DNA of 63,376 bases, the filler included, from Octopus bimaculoides (taxonomy: Eukaryota), in NCBI RefSeq assembly GCF_001194135.2. It is 4 parts of 4 records of this genome, joined end to end, with 100 filler letters (N's around TTAATTAATTAA, not from the genome) between each part and the next. Parts side by side here need not be neighbours in the genome. Positions count along the whole stretch, not along the records: positions 25,193 to 48,309 come from NC_068981.1; positions 48,410 to 61,033 come from NC_069003.1; 2 more parts are not named here. One strand, given 5' to 3'. The notes beneath the pieces are model-generated. The model ran no database searches. It was not told where the DNA came from and worked only from the letters and a program-made list of their open reading frames with translations. Position numbers and translations under genes: made by a program. Numbering within the stretch: position 1 is the stretch's first letter; each line of letters starts with the position of its first letter. This document shows, piece by piece, positions 36,648-49,859 of the stretch.

Positions 36648-36981
36648 CTGCTTTTATAATTATTATAAAACAACGTCATTAACAACTCAGTTTTTTTTTA
36701 TTTGTTTCATATCTGATTATATTTCCAATAAACTTTCAGATTTTCTTTTATTGCGGAAATCGACCATAACACATCATGTCATCTCGATTAATTATTGATT
36801 TCTGCCAATAAAGCTTCTTCTACGAAGATGAAAGCATTCTGAAAACGCGAAATGACCATGCCATTGTCAAAGTGAAACCGTTTTTCAAATATCAACACGT
36901 TAAAAGCATGTGTCAATTATTACTATACATCTTGTAACTAATGTTGTTTCACTTTTCTGTTGACACCAACATTTGAAATTA

Positions 36982-37042
<61 letters not shown>

Positions 37043-38389
37043 AGCAGCAATAACGCTTTTGTTAGTATTGTTGTCGTTGCTGATATTTTAGTTGTGTTGC
37101 ATTTTTGCTGCAGCTAGTATTTTTATTGCATTTGTCATTTCTACTTTTTATTTCTTATTCATCTGGTTACCGTAGTAGTTTTCCAGCGCCATTGCTGGGT
37201 GTTGTTTCTCTTCTTAGTCGTTGTCGTTTTATTTCTTTTTAGGTTAGATTTTTTACTGTTACAATACCGTTTCATATAACTCTCAGTTAACAGCAAATGT
37301 TAATATTGGCTCCAGCGAAGAGGTAATATCAAAATTGATTTTCTGTTTTGCACAGACCTTCATCCTTGTTCTTTAAGTTTAAAAACATCAAACAAAATAA
37401 TTATTCTCTTATACTTGTTTTTCCCTTTAAATATTAATAAAATTTACATTGTTATTAGGAAATCTTTTACAGGGGTTAATATAATTGATAAAAATTTAGA
37501 CATAACTTTGACAAAAAATATATGGACTAAGTTTAACATTTCAAGACATGCATCCATTTTTGAATGATGTCACATACGTGAATAAAATGGATATGATTTG
37601 AATGCGAATTGAAAATGAGACTGCAAATTTGTTTTGTATAGGTCTCCTTATAAAATGTAAGGGAAGTCTTTTTTTCTAGTCTTGTAGACACCTTTGAAAT
37701 TCAACGTTTCAGATGTGAGTTTTCTTTGAAAATCATAACTTCAAGAATGTTTTATCTTATCCGTAAAAGCCCAACTCAACTTGAAAATGTTAAACTGAGC
37801 GTATGACTAGAAATCTTGTTAAAGAAAATAATAAGTGTATAATAACCCTGTGGTGAGGTGAAACAGAGATAAGAGAAATTGCTCTAACTTTTGTTTTCTA
37901 TGTCTACTATAAATCAGGTCTCAATAGGATTTTTAAATAATGTTTGTAAAGTTTTACGCATAAAACATTCGCGTTTATGACTAGCACATGTATATATGTA
38001 AGCTTGAATGAATGTATGTGTACATATATACACACGCTCACCTATGTATGTATGTATGTATGTATGTATGTATGCATGCATGCAGGCATGTATGCATGCG
38101 TGTATGTATGCATATATGTATGCATGTATGTACGTATTATGCATATATGTATNNNNNNNNNNATGTATGTACGTATTATGCATATATGTATGAGTGTATG
38201 CATGCATCTATGTATGTGTGTATGTATGTATGTATGTATGTATGTATGTATGTATGAGGTTAGAATATGTGGGTGTAAGGATATACAGTGTTATTTAATT
38301 TAAAAGGAGCATTTAATTGATTTCTTTCTGCGAAATTTAAGCATAGAATTAAATCCATTGCCATTTGAGCAAAGTGCTAATATCTATTA

Positions 38390-38610
38390 CAGAGTTAATG
38401 CGACAAGCTGACAGAATAATTAGCGCTTTCGGTAAAATGCTTAAGAGTGTTTCGTTTGTCTTTACGTTCTGAGTTCAAATACTGCGATGGTCGACCTTAC
38501 ATTTCGTCCTTTGTGGGTCCATAAAATAAATACCAATTGAGCTGTGAGGTCGATGTAATCGAGTTACCAACTCTCCGAAATAGCTGGCCTTGAGTCAAAA
38601 TTTGAACCGA
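38390..38610 (+). mobile_element. SINE family B
   Basis: GCGACAAGCTGACAGAATAATTAG..GAGTTCAAAT..GGCCTTGAGTCAAAATTTGAA. Confidence 0.75.
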
Positions 38611-39043
38611 ATATTTATGACAGAGTTTAAAATAATTCTTTGAATTATTCAGTCAAGATAACGTTCTGAATTATAAACAGCATTTCGGCTTCCAGTTTCA
38701 GTGAATATATTTGCTACGTTTGTTACCATTTTATATTTACACTTTAGAATTGCTGTCTATTCTGCACAATATAAAGTGGCAGTTGAGTTTGATGAGATAT
38801 ACACAAGTTTAAAAGCGATTTAATACTTTCGCTTTTCATAATAGTTCCTTGGGAAGAGAAAACATTTCAAGCACTTGTAATCCAACCGTGTAGCGTTTAC
38901 GCATACAGCATGATACTTCATTAATTTGAATCGGACATATTATAAGACAGACACATTGATAAAGTGGATGTGTTCTTATCACAGATAGGCGTAATTGCTA
39001 GAGATCTGCCATGAGTGAGACAACATTATTGAACAATATTATT

Positions 39044-39087
<44 letters not shown>

Positions 39088-39149
39088 TCACTTTATTCAG
39101 TTTTAAGTTTACTGGAAAAATCTCTTGCCTAAATAATAATAATAATCCT

Positions 39150-39309
39150 ATCTGCGATACGCACAAGGCCTGAAATTTTGGGGTAGGAGGCAAATTGACT
39201 ACGTTAACCCCATTACTCAACTGGTAGTTAATTTATCGACCACGAAAGGATGGAAATTCCGCTAAGCTTTTCGCACGGCGTGCTAACGATTCTGACAGCT
39301 CACCGCCTT
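39150..39309 (-). mobile_element. SINE family B (internally deleted)
   Basis: GCACAAGGCCTGAAATTT..TTTATCGACC..CGTGCTAACGATTCTGACAGCTCACCGCCT. Confidence 0.8.
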
Positions 39310-39355
39310 AATGATAATAATGATGATGATGATGATAATAATAATAATAATAATA

Positions 39356-40706
39356 GTCCAATACAGTTTTAACATCATTAACTAAAAATCTTACAGAACT
39401 CCAACGCCTTGACAGGAAGACAAGAAAACTACTAGCATCTAAGAACATGCACCACCAAAAAGCAAGCGTTGGTCGTCTGTACCTACCTAGCGGTAATGAG
39501 GGAAGACGAATGATGCAGGTAGAACTGTGCTATAAGACCTCCACAATAGCAATGAAGACGTCTTATCTAGTACAGAGGATTGGATACTGCGCCTTGTGTG
39601 CAAACACGAAAGCAGCAAGAAATCACATCCTAATGTCAAGGAAGGCTGCAAATTCACAAGTGAACTTGGCATTAACCCTGAATTAGATGAAGAACCTGAA
39701 ACCACTGCCTCAAAACAAGCGAAACGGATCAAACAGACGGCAAAAAAGAATAAATTGAAGAACGCTAGAGCCAGAAGCCTCTGCATGGATAGTATATACT
39801 TCAAAGCCAAAATACTGATGTAGACCAAGCAACAATCTATCAGTAGCTGAGAAGCTCAGGACTGAAAGCAGAGACTGAATGTTTTATATTGGCGGCGCAA
39901 CACCAAAGCTTGCTTACAACAAACTACCAGGCTAACGTTCTACAAAAGGGTTCTGACCCTAAATGCAGATTCTGCTATAAACTTGATGAAGCAATAGAAC
40001 ATCTCGTCTCGGGATGTCCTGTGCTGACACCAGACGGATACAAAAATCGCCACGATAGGGTAGGACAGTATTTACATTGGAAAATATGTAAACATTACAA
40101 AATCAGCGTCCTACTTATTGGTATGAACATAATCCTGAGCCAGTTGTTGAAGGTTATAATGTTACTATCCTCTTGGATTTTCCAGTCGACATCGACAGAA
40201 CGATCTAGGCTAACCGACCAGACAATCATTCAAGACAGAGAAGAAAATATTTGTACACTAACAGATGTAAGTGTTGCCACTGATGAAATATATCTGTAAA
40301 GGAATTTCAGAGGTTAAGTAAGTATAATGACCCGGAAATTGAAATACAAAAGATGTGACATCTTAAAGTGAGAACTTTTCCTGTTATTGTGGGTGCCCTA
40401 GGTGTGATAAGAAAGAGATGTCAGAAACATCTAGATAATATCCCGGGAGAACCATGTGTCAGAGAAATCCAAAAGATCGTGCTGAAAATTACTGCCACAC
40501 CCTCTCAATTTAAATGTCTGTGTTGTATTATATGAAGATATTTCGCTACTGCTTTTGTCACTTGCCGTTCTCAGGCACGGCCAGAATAATCGGGAAAGTA
40601 TAAGCTAGCTGAAAAGAATGGATAGTATGGTTCCGTAGGTTGCAGGTAGCAAGCCTGCTACGCATGTAAGACTCCAAGAGCTCCAGCAAAGCCTGTGATG
40701 AAGAGA
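39356..40706 (+). mobile_element. 5'-truncated RLE-type non-LTR retrotransposon (R4/Dong-like), decayed
   Basis: LDRKTRKLL..MHHQKASVGRLYLP; CCHC knuckle CRFCYKLDEAIEHLVSGC (from 39964); RHDRVGQYLHW; RLE motif ANRPD (40209-40223)..DVS; C-terminal VIVGALG. About 200-bp 3' UTR; (TAA)n on both flanks. Confidence 0.9.
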
Positions 40707-40731
40707 AATAATAATGATAATGATAATAATG

Positions 40732-40791
<60 letters not shown>

Positions 40792-40839
40792 GTAATAATA
40801 ATAATAATAATAATAATGATAATAATAATAAGCATCAAA

Positions 40840-40945
40840 TGTTGGCACAGGGCCAACAATTTTAGGGAAGGAGGTAAATCAATTACATCGATCCCAGTGC
40901 TTGACTGTACTTATGTTATCGACCTCGAAATGATGGAATGCAAAA
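40840..40945 (-). mobile_element. SINE family B 3' half whose (ATT)n tail flanks the LINE
   Basis: GTTGGCACAGGGCC..ATTACATCGATCCCAG..TTATCGACCTCGAAATGATG. Confidence 0.75.
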
Positions 40946-41566
40946 CAATAAAATTAATAACAGAGGTGGCAAGACGACAGCATGTGTCCAACATACCATC
41001 CCATGTCGGCTATGATCGGGCACCGGATTATATGTACTCTATGCGTCCATGTCTGTAGAGTTTGTCGCGGACAAGTAATTCCCCCAACTTGGTAGCACAA
41101 CCCGTCAAAGAATTTCTGGAAATTATCCATAATTTTCCGTCTGAAAGTCCTCTAGAATAGACCGATTCGTTTCCATCAACATCGAAAATTTGTTCGCGAA
41201 CGACATCAATTTCGCCCATCACAAACCCTCGATAGTGGAAATTCTACCTATTGATTGCCTATCGGGTAAAGCAATGACTGACTAAAGGACTATGAAAGCA
41301 TTACGGTACTCTTTCTGAGTGCTATTGGCCTACCTACTCCCCCGTTTCTCCACCTTCTCCAGTACACCAAAGAACTGAACTTTAAAACACTGACCGAGCA
41401 GTTTAAATGGCTTTTTTCTCAAGCACCCTGCGACGATGCTAGATTGCATATAATTGAAGAATAAATTTAATTTAGAATTACAAATTTCTATACAACATCT
41501 TTTGCTTTTTTCTTCTGATATATGAGAAATAATTTCATTCCCGGGTAACGCCGGGTNNNNNNNNNN

Positions 41567-41605
<39 letters not shown>

Positions 41606-42459
41606 TAATGCTAGCAGCTAGTTTATATATGTGTGTCTATGTTTGCGAATGTTATATGAAATTTTAGTAATATTTTTGCATCACATACTATATGACTTGT
41701 AATTTCAAGAAATACATGTAAAAAAAATGTTGATCAGTAACGTATCTATCGTACTGGTTGCCCTGAAATCAAATTTCAATTTCAGAAATTTAATTCTGTT
41801 AATGTATTCGCCGTCCATGTACCTAAATAAGAAAGAGAAACGGTTATCTGTCTCCCCTGTCTTTGTATCTGTCTATTTTTTCTACCCCTGCTTCTCAGTA
41901 CATATCTATTACATTATTAGAAAAGAATGAAAATAACGCTACGGAAACAAACATCATTCTACAACGTATTACGTTCATGTATTAGTCAGTTGAATAACAT
42001 TAACAACAAGATAAGTACAAAAGATACAATGGAATTTGTATAATTAATATCAATTACGCGAAGTCGACACGATAAGTACATTTATTAATATATGAGAAGC
42101 ATCTTTCATTATGGAAAGTGCATTTGTTTCTAAGCAACCAACAACACATATATCCGTATGCACGAAAGGTTTTCGATTCAAAAGTTTGTTTTCGTTAAAT
42201 TATTGTTTCGCTTTGAATAGTAAGAATTCTAGATTGAGAAACAACGATATTTTCCTTAATTTATGAGTCACTTTTGATACAGGGGTCTATCAAATATAAA
42301 ATATCAAATATAGAATATCAAATATTTCTAGATGAAATTTTATAATACACACATAACGCACATATGCAGACAAAAATAGAAATAGACACATACGAAGATA
42401 TATAGGCATACACACGCAACAAACACATATATACTGTTAACGCATAGATGTATATAAAG

Positions 42460-42541
<82 letters not shown>

Positions 42542-44239
42542 NNNNNNNNNNNNNNNNNNNNNNNNNNNNNNNNNNNNNNNNNNNNNNNNNNNNNNNNNNN
42601 NNNNNNNNNNNNNNNNNNNNNNNNNNNNNNNNNNNNNNNNNNNNNNNNNNNNNNNNNNNNNNNNNNNNNNNNNNNNNNNNNNNNNNNNNNNNNNNNNNNN
42701 NNNNNNNNNNNNNNNNNNNNNNNNNNNNNNNNNNNNNNNNNNNNNNNNNNNNNNNNNNNNNNNNNNNNNNNNNNNNNNNNNNNNNNNNNNNNNNNNNNNN
42801 NNNNNNNNNNNNNNNNNNNNNNNNNNNNNNNNNNNNNNNNNNNNNNNNNNNNNNNNNNNNNNNNNNNNNNNNNNNNNNNNNNNNNNNNNNNNNNNNNNNN
42901 NNNNNNNNNNNNNNNNNNNNNNNNNNNNNNNNNNNNNNNNNNNNNNNNNNNNNNNNNNNNNNNNNNNNNNNNNNNNNNNNNNNNNNNNNNNNNNNNNNNN
43001 NNNNNNNNNNNNNNNNNNNNNNNNNNNNNNNNNNNNNNNNNNNNNNNNNNNNNNNNNNNNNNNNNNNNNNNNNNNNNNNNNNNNNNNNNNNNNNNNNNNN
43101 NNNNNNNNNNNNNNNNNNNNNNNNNNNNNNNNNNNNNNNNNNNNNNNNNNNNNNNNNNNNNNNNNNNNNNNNNNNNNNNNNNNNNNNNNNNNNNNNNNNN
43201 NNNNNNNNNNNNNNNNNNNNNNNNNNNNNNNNNNNNNNNNNNNNNNNNNNNNNNNNNNNNNNNNNNNNNNNNNNNNNNNNNNNNNNNNNNNNNNNNNNNN
43301 NNNNNNNNNNNNNNNNNNNNNNNNNNNNNNNNNNNNNNNNNNNNNNNNNNNNNNNNNNNNNNNNNNNNNNNNNNNNNNNNNNNNNNNNNNNNNNNNNNNN
43401 NNNNNNNNNNNNNNNNNNNNNNNNNNNNNNNNNNNNNNNNNNNNTATATATATACATATACATATAGTTATATGTACACACATAAACACACACACACACA
43501 CACGCACGCACGTACACTCGCGCACGCATTCACACACACACACAAATATATTCTTGGTTATATGAACGTGGCCTTTATTTTGGACAATTCTAAAAAGATG
43601 ATTTTTACCTTCATCAATCGGCAGTTAGATGTTTCTGGATTAGTATATGACTGAAAGGTTTTACCCTCTTTGGTACAACACAAACTTCCTCCTTCTAGCA
43701 TGATGGAGTAATTATTTTTTTCTGGATCTTCTGGAACAGCGTTCACAATCTCCGAATGAGAAGAGAACCGTTCTTATACACCTTGTACGGTACATCACTC
43801 GTTCTTGTTTCCACTTTTTAAATTCTTACCTGGATGGATTGTTAATGTTAAGATTATTTCGATATGATTCAGTCATGCTTACATGTAAGTTGACATCTGA
43901 ACCTTATTTTCTAATTTATCTAATCATGTTAAAATGTCATTTATGTCACCGTCATAAATTACTGCGTGTCTAATCCGGGGCTGGTAAAACTATCAGATTT
44001 TGTCTGAACTACCAAAGTTTTTAGGAAACTAAAAGAATCCTTGGTTAACTGAATCCTTTCATATTTCCTCTCCCTTCCTCAATTTCTGAATACTTTCTTT
44101 TCTGCCAAGTTTGTATAGACTTTCTCGGAATTGACATGCCCAATTATTTACGTCTTCTTTCTCATCGGCAGATGCTACATTACACTTCTTGTCGAAGGGT
44201 TTGATGAATCTACTTTTGTTCTCTCGCTACACTGTTTAC

Positions 44240-44632
44240 AGTGGAGGCGCAATGGCCCAGTGGTTAGGGCAGCGGACTCGCGGTCGGGGGATCACGGTTT
44301 CGATTTCCAGACCGGGCGTTGTGAGTGTTTATTAAGCGAAGACACCTAAAGCTCCACGAGGCTCCGGCAGAGGATGGTGGCCAACTCTGTTGTATTCTTT
44401 CACCACAACTTTCTCTCACTCTTACTTCCTGTTTCTATTGTGCCTGTAATTCAAAGGGTCAGCCTTGTCACACCGTGTCACGCTGAATCTCCCCGAGAAC
44501 TACGTTAAGGTACACGTGTCTGTGGAGTGCCCAGCCACTTGCACGTTAATTTCACGAGCAGGCTGTGCCGATGATCCGATCAACTGGAACCCTCGACGTA
44601 GTAAGCGACGGAGTACCAACAACAACAACAAT
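44240..44632 (+). mobile_element. SINE family C, full length, with 9-bp TSD
   Basis: A box TGGCCCAGTGG, B box GGTTTCGATTTCC, tail ..GACGGAGTACC(AAC)n; perfect ACTGTTTAC at 44231-44239 and 44633-44641. Confidence 0.93.
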
Positions 44633-44737
44633 ACTGTTTACTAATTCACCTGCCCTCCATTCCGAAGCAAGTTTGTTTATATATATATAAGCGCATGTAT
44701 GTATGTATGTATGTATGTATGTATGTATGCATGTATG

Positions 44738-44816
<79 letters not shown>

Positions 44817-45805
44817 CCTACTTCTATATATGCATGTATGATGTCGTGATTGAGAATAATAGTGTACGGTAAAAGTTCTAGTAGATTCATAGTGTGCAGT
44901 ATTGACATTTTCATAGTTGCTTACGAAAACAAATTCAACATACATACGCCATACGGTTTCTGTCTTTCCGACATTGGACTATAAACAAACTCAAGAGTAA
45001 CTGACAGGTATATAAAATAACAACAAAACATCATCTCGTTAAGAAACCAATGTCCAATTTCAATGGTTTCAATAAAATAGCTGACATATCGTAATCACAC
45101 GGAGAACAAACATGTACATATACATATATATATAGGTACATATATGCATATATACATATGTGTGTGTGTGCGTGCATGTGTGTCTGTGTCTGTGTGTATG
45201 TGTGTGCTTGTGTGCAAGCGTGCATTTGTGTCTGTGTCTGTGTGTATGTGCGTGTGTATGCATGCGTGCGTGCGTGTTGACATATGAATTAAAGAACGTT
45301 TTCCCTTTCATGCATGTTTTACTAAAGATACGACTATGTTCGCGAAAATAAATATTTATAAGGATTTCTTTAAGTTTTTAGTATGGAAAATTTGCTTGGC
45401 TAAATCTTATCGCTCTTTTATGTTTCGAAGCAATCAGAGCTCATCCGTCGAATTAAATTATTAAAGAATGACCTTTTCGAATCGCTATGCGTTGAGCAAC
45501 AATACATTACAGGTACACCTTTGATTTTTTTTTCCCAGCGTACGATTAAAAAAGTTATTCCATGGTTAATTCGAATAGTTACCACGACTATTTTTGATGC
45601 GTGTTTCGATTTTTGGTTCCTGATAAATATATAATGAAACGACAAGAGTTCGTTTAATTTTATGAAAAAACAATTGGCAAAATGTTTGTGCTGTTATACA
45701 AGCACACAGACACACAAACAAGACAGAGAGACACTCACGTACATACATGCATAAATATATACATACATATACATATATATATATATGCGTATGTATGGCT
45801 AGCTC

Positions 45806-47460
45806 TAGCAGAAAAAAATTGATTCTCAAATACAGAACCACCCACATGGAAGAAAACTACCGGCCAATTGCTTGCCAAAACTTAATGTATAAGATATATA
45901 CAGCATGTTTAAACATCTTCCTCCAATACCATTGTGAAACGGATACAATTATCACAGGAGGACAAGCAGCTAGGAAAAAGAGAGCCCTGGGATGTGCCGA
46001 GCAATTACTAGTCAATAAAACTGTGATGTCAGAGGTGCAAGGGCATGGAAGTAACCTAGTTTCAATGTGGCTAGATTACAAGAAAGCTTTTGACTCTGTT
46101 CCCCATTCATGGATGCTAGAAGCCCTTCAGCTTAATAAAGTTACAGTGAGAATCGTCAAAGCTATAGCTGACCTGACTTCATCGTGGGCCACCATCTTGA
46201 AACTAAACAAAAAGAGTGACTGTATTATCACCGATAGAATACAATATCGCAAAGGCATATTCCAAGGAGACAGACTGTCTGTGATGTCATTTATACTTTC
46301 TGTAAACCCTTTGTTATTGATGTTAAAGAAGTTTGAATGGTATCTCACTGGTTCACAAGGAAACAGAAATACCAAAATTACACACTGTTTCTTTGTGGAT
46401 GACTTACAAGTTTATGCAAAGAATATGCATGATAAAGAGCCTTGACCTAGTTGCAGGCTATCAAAGGATGTAGGGTTGGAGTTTGATCAGGATAAATGTT
46501 GTTATAAGGTTGTGAAAAGGGGGAAGACTATAAACCAGATTAGTAGCAGCTCCTTCAATGATTTGACTGTTTCCTCTGTATCTGATGAGGAATGCTACAG
46601 GTATCTAGGGGTGCATGGAAATATATCTTACAATGGTACTCATAACAAAACACGTGTCACTAAAAAATATTACTGCCGAATAAAGACAATTTGGACCTCA
46701 AAACACTCTGCATTCAATAAAACAGTGGCCCACAATGTGTTTGCAGTGCCAGTGCTCATGCCAACATTTGGGCTGCTTGGTTGGACGCTTGATGAGATCC
46801 GAGACACTGATGTGAAAATCCGAAAAATACTAGCAAGCAAACATAATTTCCACATAAACTGTGATATAGAATGCCTCTATCTTAAACGTAAGCAAAACAG
46901 CAGAGGCTTAACATCGATCAAAAATGTCATTGAATGTCGCATCATATCCCTTCAGCAACATCTTTTAACTACCAAGCGTCGAAGTGCATCCCTTTAACAA
47001 GTTTGCATACATGAAGCTGATAACATGATATCTGTCTGATAACCTAGAATACATGCCCAAAGATGTCGAGCAACTCTACCGCAACATATAGGATGAAAGG
47101 ATGAGCTTATATGAACAGAAGACTATGCATGGATATAGTGATGATAGTAACATCGTTCATCAAAGTAGTTTTTATGGACGAATAGCCGGATTATTACCTC
47201 CCACTTTGAAGAGTATGTGTTTGCAATCCAGGAACATGAACAAAAGGGATAGCGATGCGGGAAAACCCGTAAAATGTGACAACCGATGCCGACTTCGTGG
47301 AATTCACACTGAAGATAACACCTACATCATAAACAGTTATCCAAAAATGTCATCACGGTATTATCTATCGATAAGACATGACGTTGTAGCTATGGCACTG
47401 TAATGAAATCAGTGAAAAAGAGATCAGTGAAAAAGAGAACACCTATACTGAACTATTGAG
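45806..47460 (+). mobile_element. RLE-type (R4/NeSL-like) LINE reverse transcriptase pseudogene; a different family from 39356
   Basis: ENYRPIAC, WLDYKKAFDSVPHSW, GIFQGD, FFVDD, YRYLG, CLYLKRKQNSRGL; stops and frameshifts; degenerate knuckle CRLRG..RHDVVA. Confidence 0.93.
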
Positions 47461-48353
47461 AAATCTACAGTTATTCTATCCAAATTACAAGTTCAGGTTT
47501 ATACCTGTAATTGTTTAGGCCATGGAATATGTAACACGCTGCCTAAATACCAATCTTGAGAAATTAAGCTTCTCAAAACCAGAAAAGAGAAAGCTAATTC
47601 GAAGGCTACAAATCGAACCCATCACTGGAACTGTAAAAATCTGTAAAGCTTTCCAGATGTTTATCATTTAAATATATATGAGCATGACTACATATGCAAC
47701 TATATGCATGAGAATGCATACATACATAAAACAAATCATACCAAACTGCACACATACATACATACATACATACATACATACATACATACATACAAAAATA
47801 CCCTGTTGTTGTTATGGAAATTCCAATGAAGGAACTTTGAATCTAGGTTAGAAACCGACTCTCTCAATTGGCAAAAAGTCTTGAAATAAAACTGAATAAT
47901 TACATACATACATGTATACATGCATGCATGTTTTCCGTTACATCGTAGTTTTGCAGTGTGTCTTATCAAACATACTCAGCTAGCGAAACTTGACTCGATA
48001 ACATGTATTGAGTATAATGACAATTGTAACATTTCAAGAACTGAGATGTCGATACACATGTGTGTGTTTCATATACGATTCAATATACAGATACCTACTA
48101 ATACAAATAGATAATTTGGTAAGTTCTGGAATCTTTCATTTGTAATGATTGATATCTCTCTCCGGTAAATCAACGCTCGAATTTTCTCCTCAATTTTCTT
48201 GTATATTTCTAAGCTAACATTGTTAATGAAGCGATTCGATGCCACATATTTCCCCAGAGATAGTTCATACTATCTACGCGCATGATTGATATATATATGT
48301 ATATATATANNNNNNNNNNNNNNNNNNNNNNNNNNNNNNNNNNNNNNNNNNNN

Positions 48354-48365
48354 TTAATTAATTAA
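48354..48365. other. Artificial gap marker TTAATTAATTAA
   Basis: 44N-12mer-44N. Confidence 0.95.
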
Positions 48366-49364
48366 NNNNNNNNNNNNNNNNNNNNNNNNNNNNNNNNNNN
48401 NNNNNNNNNTAAAGCGCTTAAATTCTTTTGTTTCTTTCGGAGATTTTCATTTGGATTCGTTTCCATAGACATAGTTGCTGCTGCTGCTGCTGCTGCTGCT
48501 GTTGTTGTTGTTGTTGTTGTTGTCGTCGTCGTTGTTGATGTCGTTGTTGTTGTTGTGTGTCAGCAGCACCTGGATATATATATGTTAGTCGGGATTATAA
48601 ACTTACCGAATTGTTCATGCATATATAAAGATATACATGCATACACACACACACCTCTACACCCCTTCTCTCTTTCTCTCTCTCCACACACACAAAAACA
48701 CACACACACAAACACAAACACACATACACACATATATATACGTCCACATATGCATACCATCATATACATATATACATACATAAATATATATATATATATA
48801 TATATTTATACACACAAACATACATACATATATATATATATATGCGCATGTATATATATATATATATATATATATATNNNNNNNNNNNNNNNNNNNNNNN
48901 NNNNNNNNNNNNNNNNNNNNNNNNNNNNNNNNNNNNNNNNNNNNNNNNNNNNNNNNNNNNNNNNNNNNNNNNNNNNNATTATGTTGGTGATTGGTTCTCA
49001 GACATGTGACCTTACTTGCAAATCAATGTAATAACGAAAAACCTTTTAGAGAATCTATTAACTTATAGGTGTTTTGATAAATGGTTTGAGCATATTTTCA
49101 ACTGCACCTTATATAATTTATATGATTATATTTTATATAATTTCTATGCTTTAAATATGATCTCTGAGACCAATGTAAAAATCAGATAAATTGACTGAAG
49201 TTGAATTTTATTTTTTCCATTAAATTCTTTCAAAAAATGATGTAAAGTCAAGAAAGATGTAACTCGAAACACCATAAGTTGAGGTATGCCTGTATGCCAA
49301 AGAAGGAATCGTTTCAATATAGTTTTATTTTATTTGTTCATTTATCCTTTATCTTTTATCTTTC

Positions 49365-49560
49365 ATTTGTTTCAGTCATTGGACTGTGGCCATGCTGGGG
49401 TACTGGATTAAAGGGCTTTTAGTCAAACGAATCAATCCCAGAATTTATTTTTAGAGCCTGGTACTTACTTTCTTATGCTGAACTACTAAGTTATGGGGAT
49501 ATCAACAAACCAACACCAGTTGTCAAGTCATGGTGTGGGACTAACAAATGCAAAGACACA
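49365..49560 (-). mobile_element. SINE family A 3' half
   Basis: TTTCAGTCATTGGACTGTGGCCATGCTGG..GTTGTCAAG..GACACAC. Confidence 0.75.
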
Positions 49561-49572
49561 CATTCATACATA

Positions 49573-49859
49573 CGTAGTCCAATCAATAAGTACCCGGTCT
49601 GTTGCTATAGTAATGAAGCTAAAGCAGGCAGAGTAAAGTTGCTTGGCATAGATTAATCTTGACCTCTGCTGTGCACGTGCACTAAGTTTTAGGGCTCTAG
49701 CTCACTTCTGCTGTTTACAGCAGTGTTTGAAAGGAAGGTGTGTAGCATGCGATTGTCGCATTGACCATGACAGTAAAAGTTGAGCAGAGAAATCTGCGTC
49801 AACTTTTGCCAAAAGCTTGGCAATATCTGCTCAGAGGCCTATGCAAAGCTTTCAAAAAC
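49573..49859 (+). mobile_element. mariner-type transposon 5' end with frameshifted transposase start
   Basis: TA-CGTAGTCCAATCAATAAGTACCCGG TIR-like start; ATG at 49767 gives MTVKVEQR/ICVNFCQKLGNICSEAYAKL, like the mariner N-terminus EQRxCIKFCxKLG. Confidence 0.7.

Noticed and set aside
38124-38191. 29-bp duplication across a 10-N gap
   Set aside because: Overlap artefact at a minimal gap.
41050-41420. EFLEIIHN..SINIENLFAN resembling Penelope RT (SxDVESLFTN)
   Set aside because: A single weak motif with no supporting neighbours.
44240-44310. tRNA-like sequence with A and B boxes
   Set aside because: It is the head of a SINE continuing into the SINE body; not a tRNA gene. The same applies to the family A and B heads.
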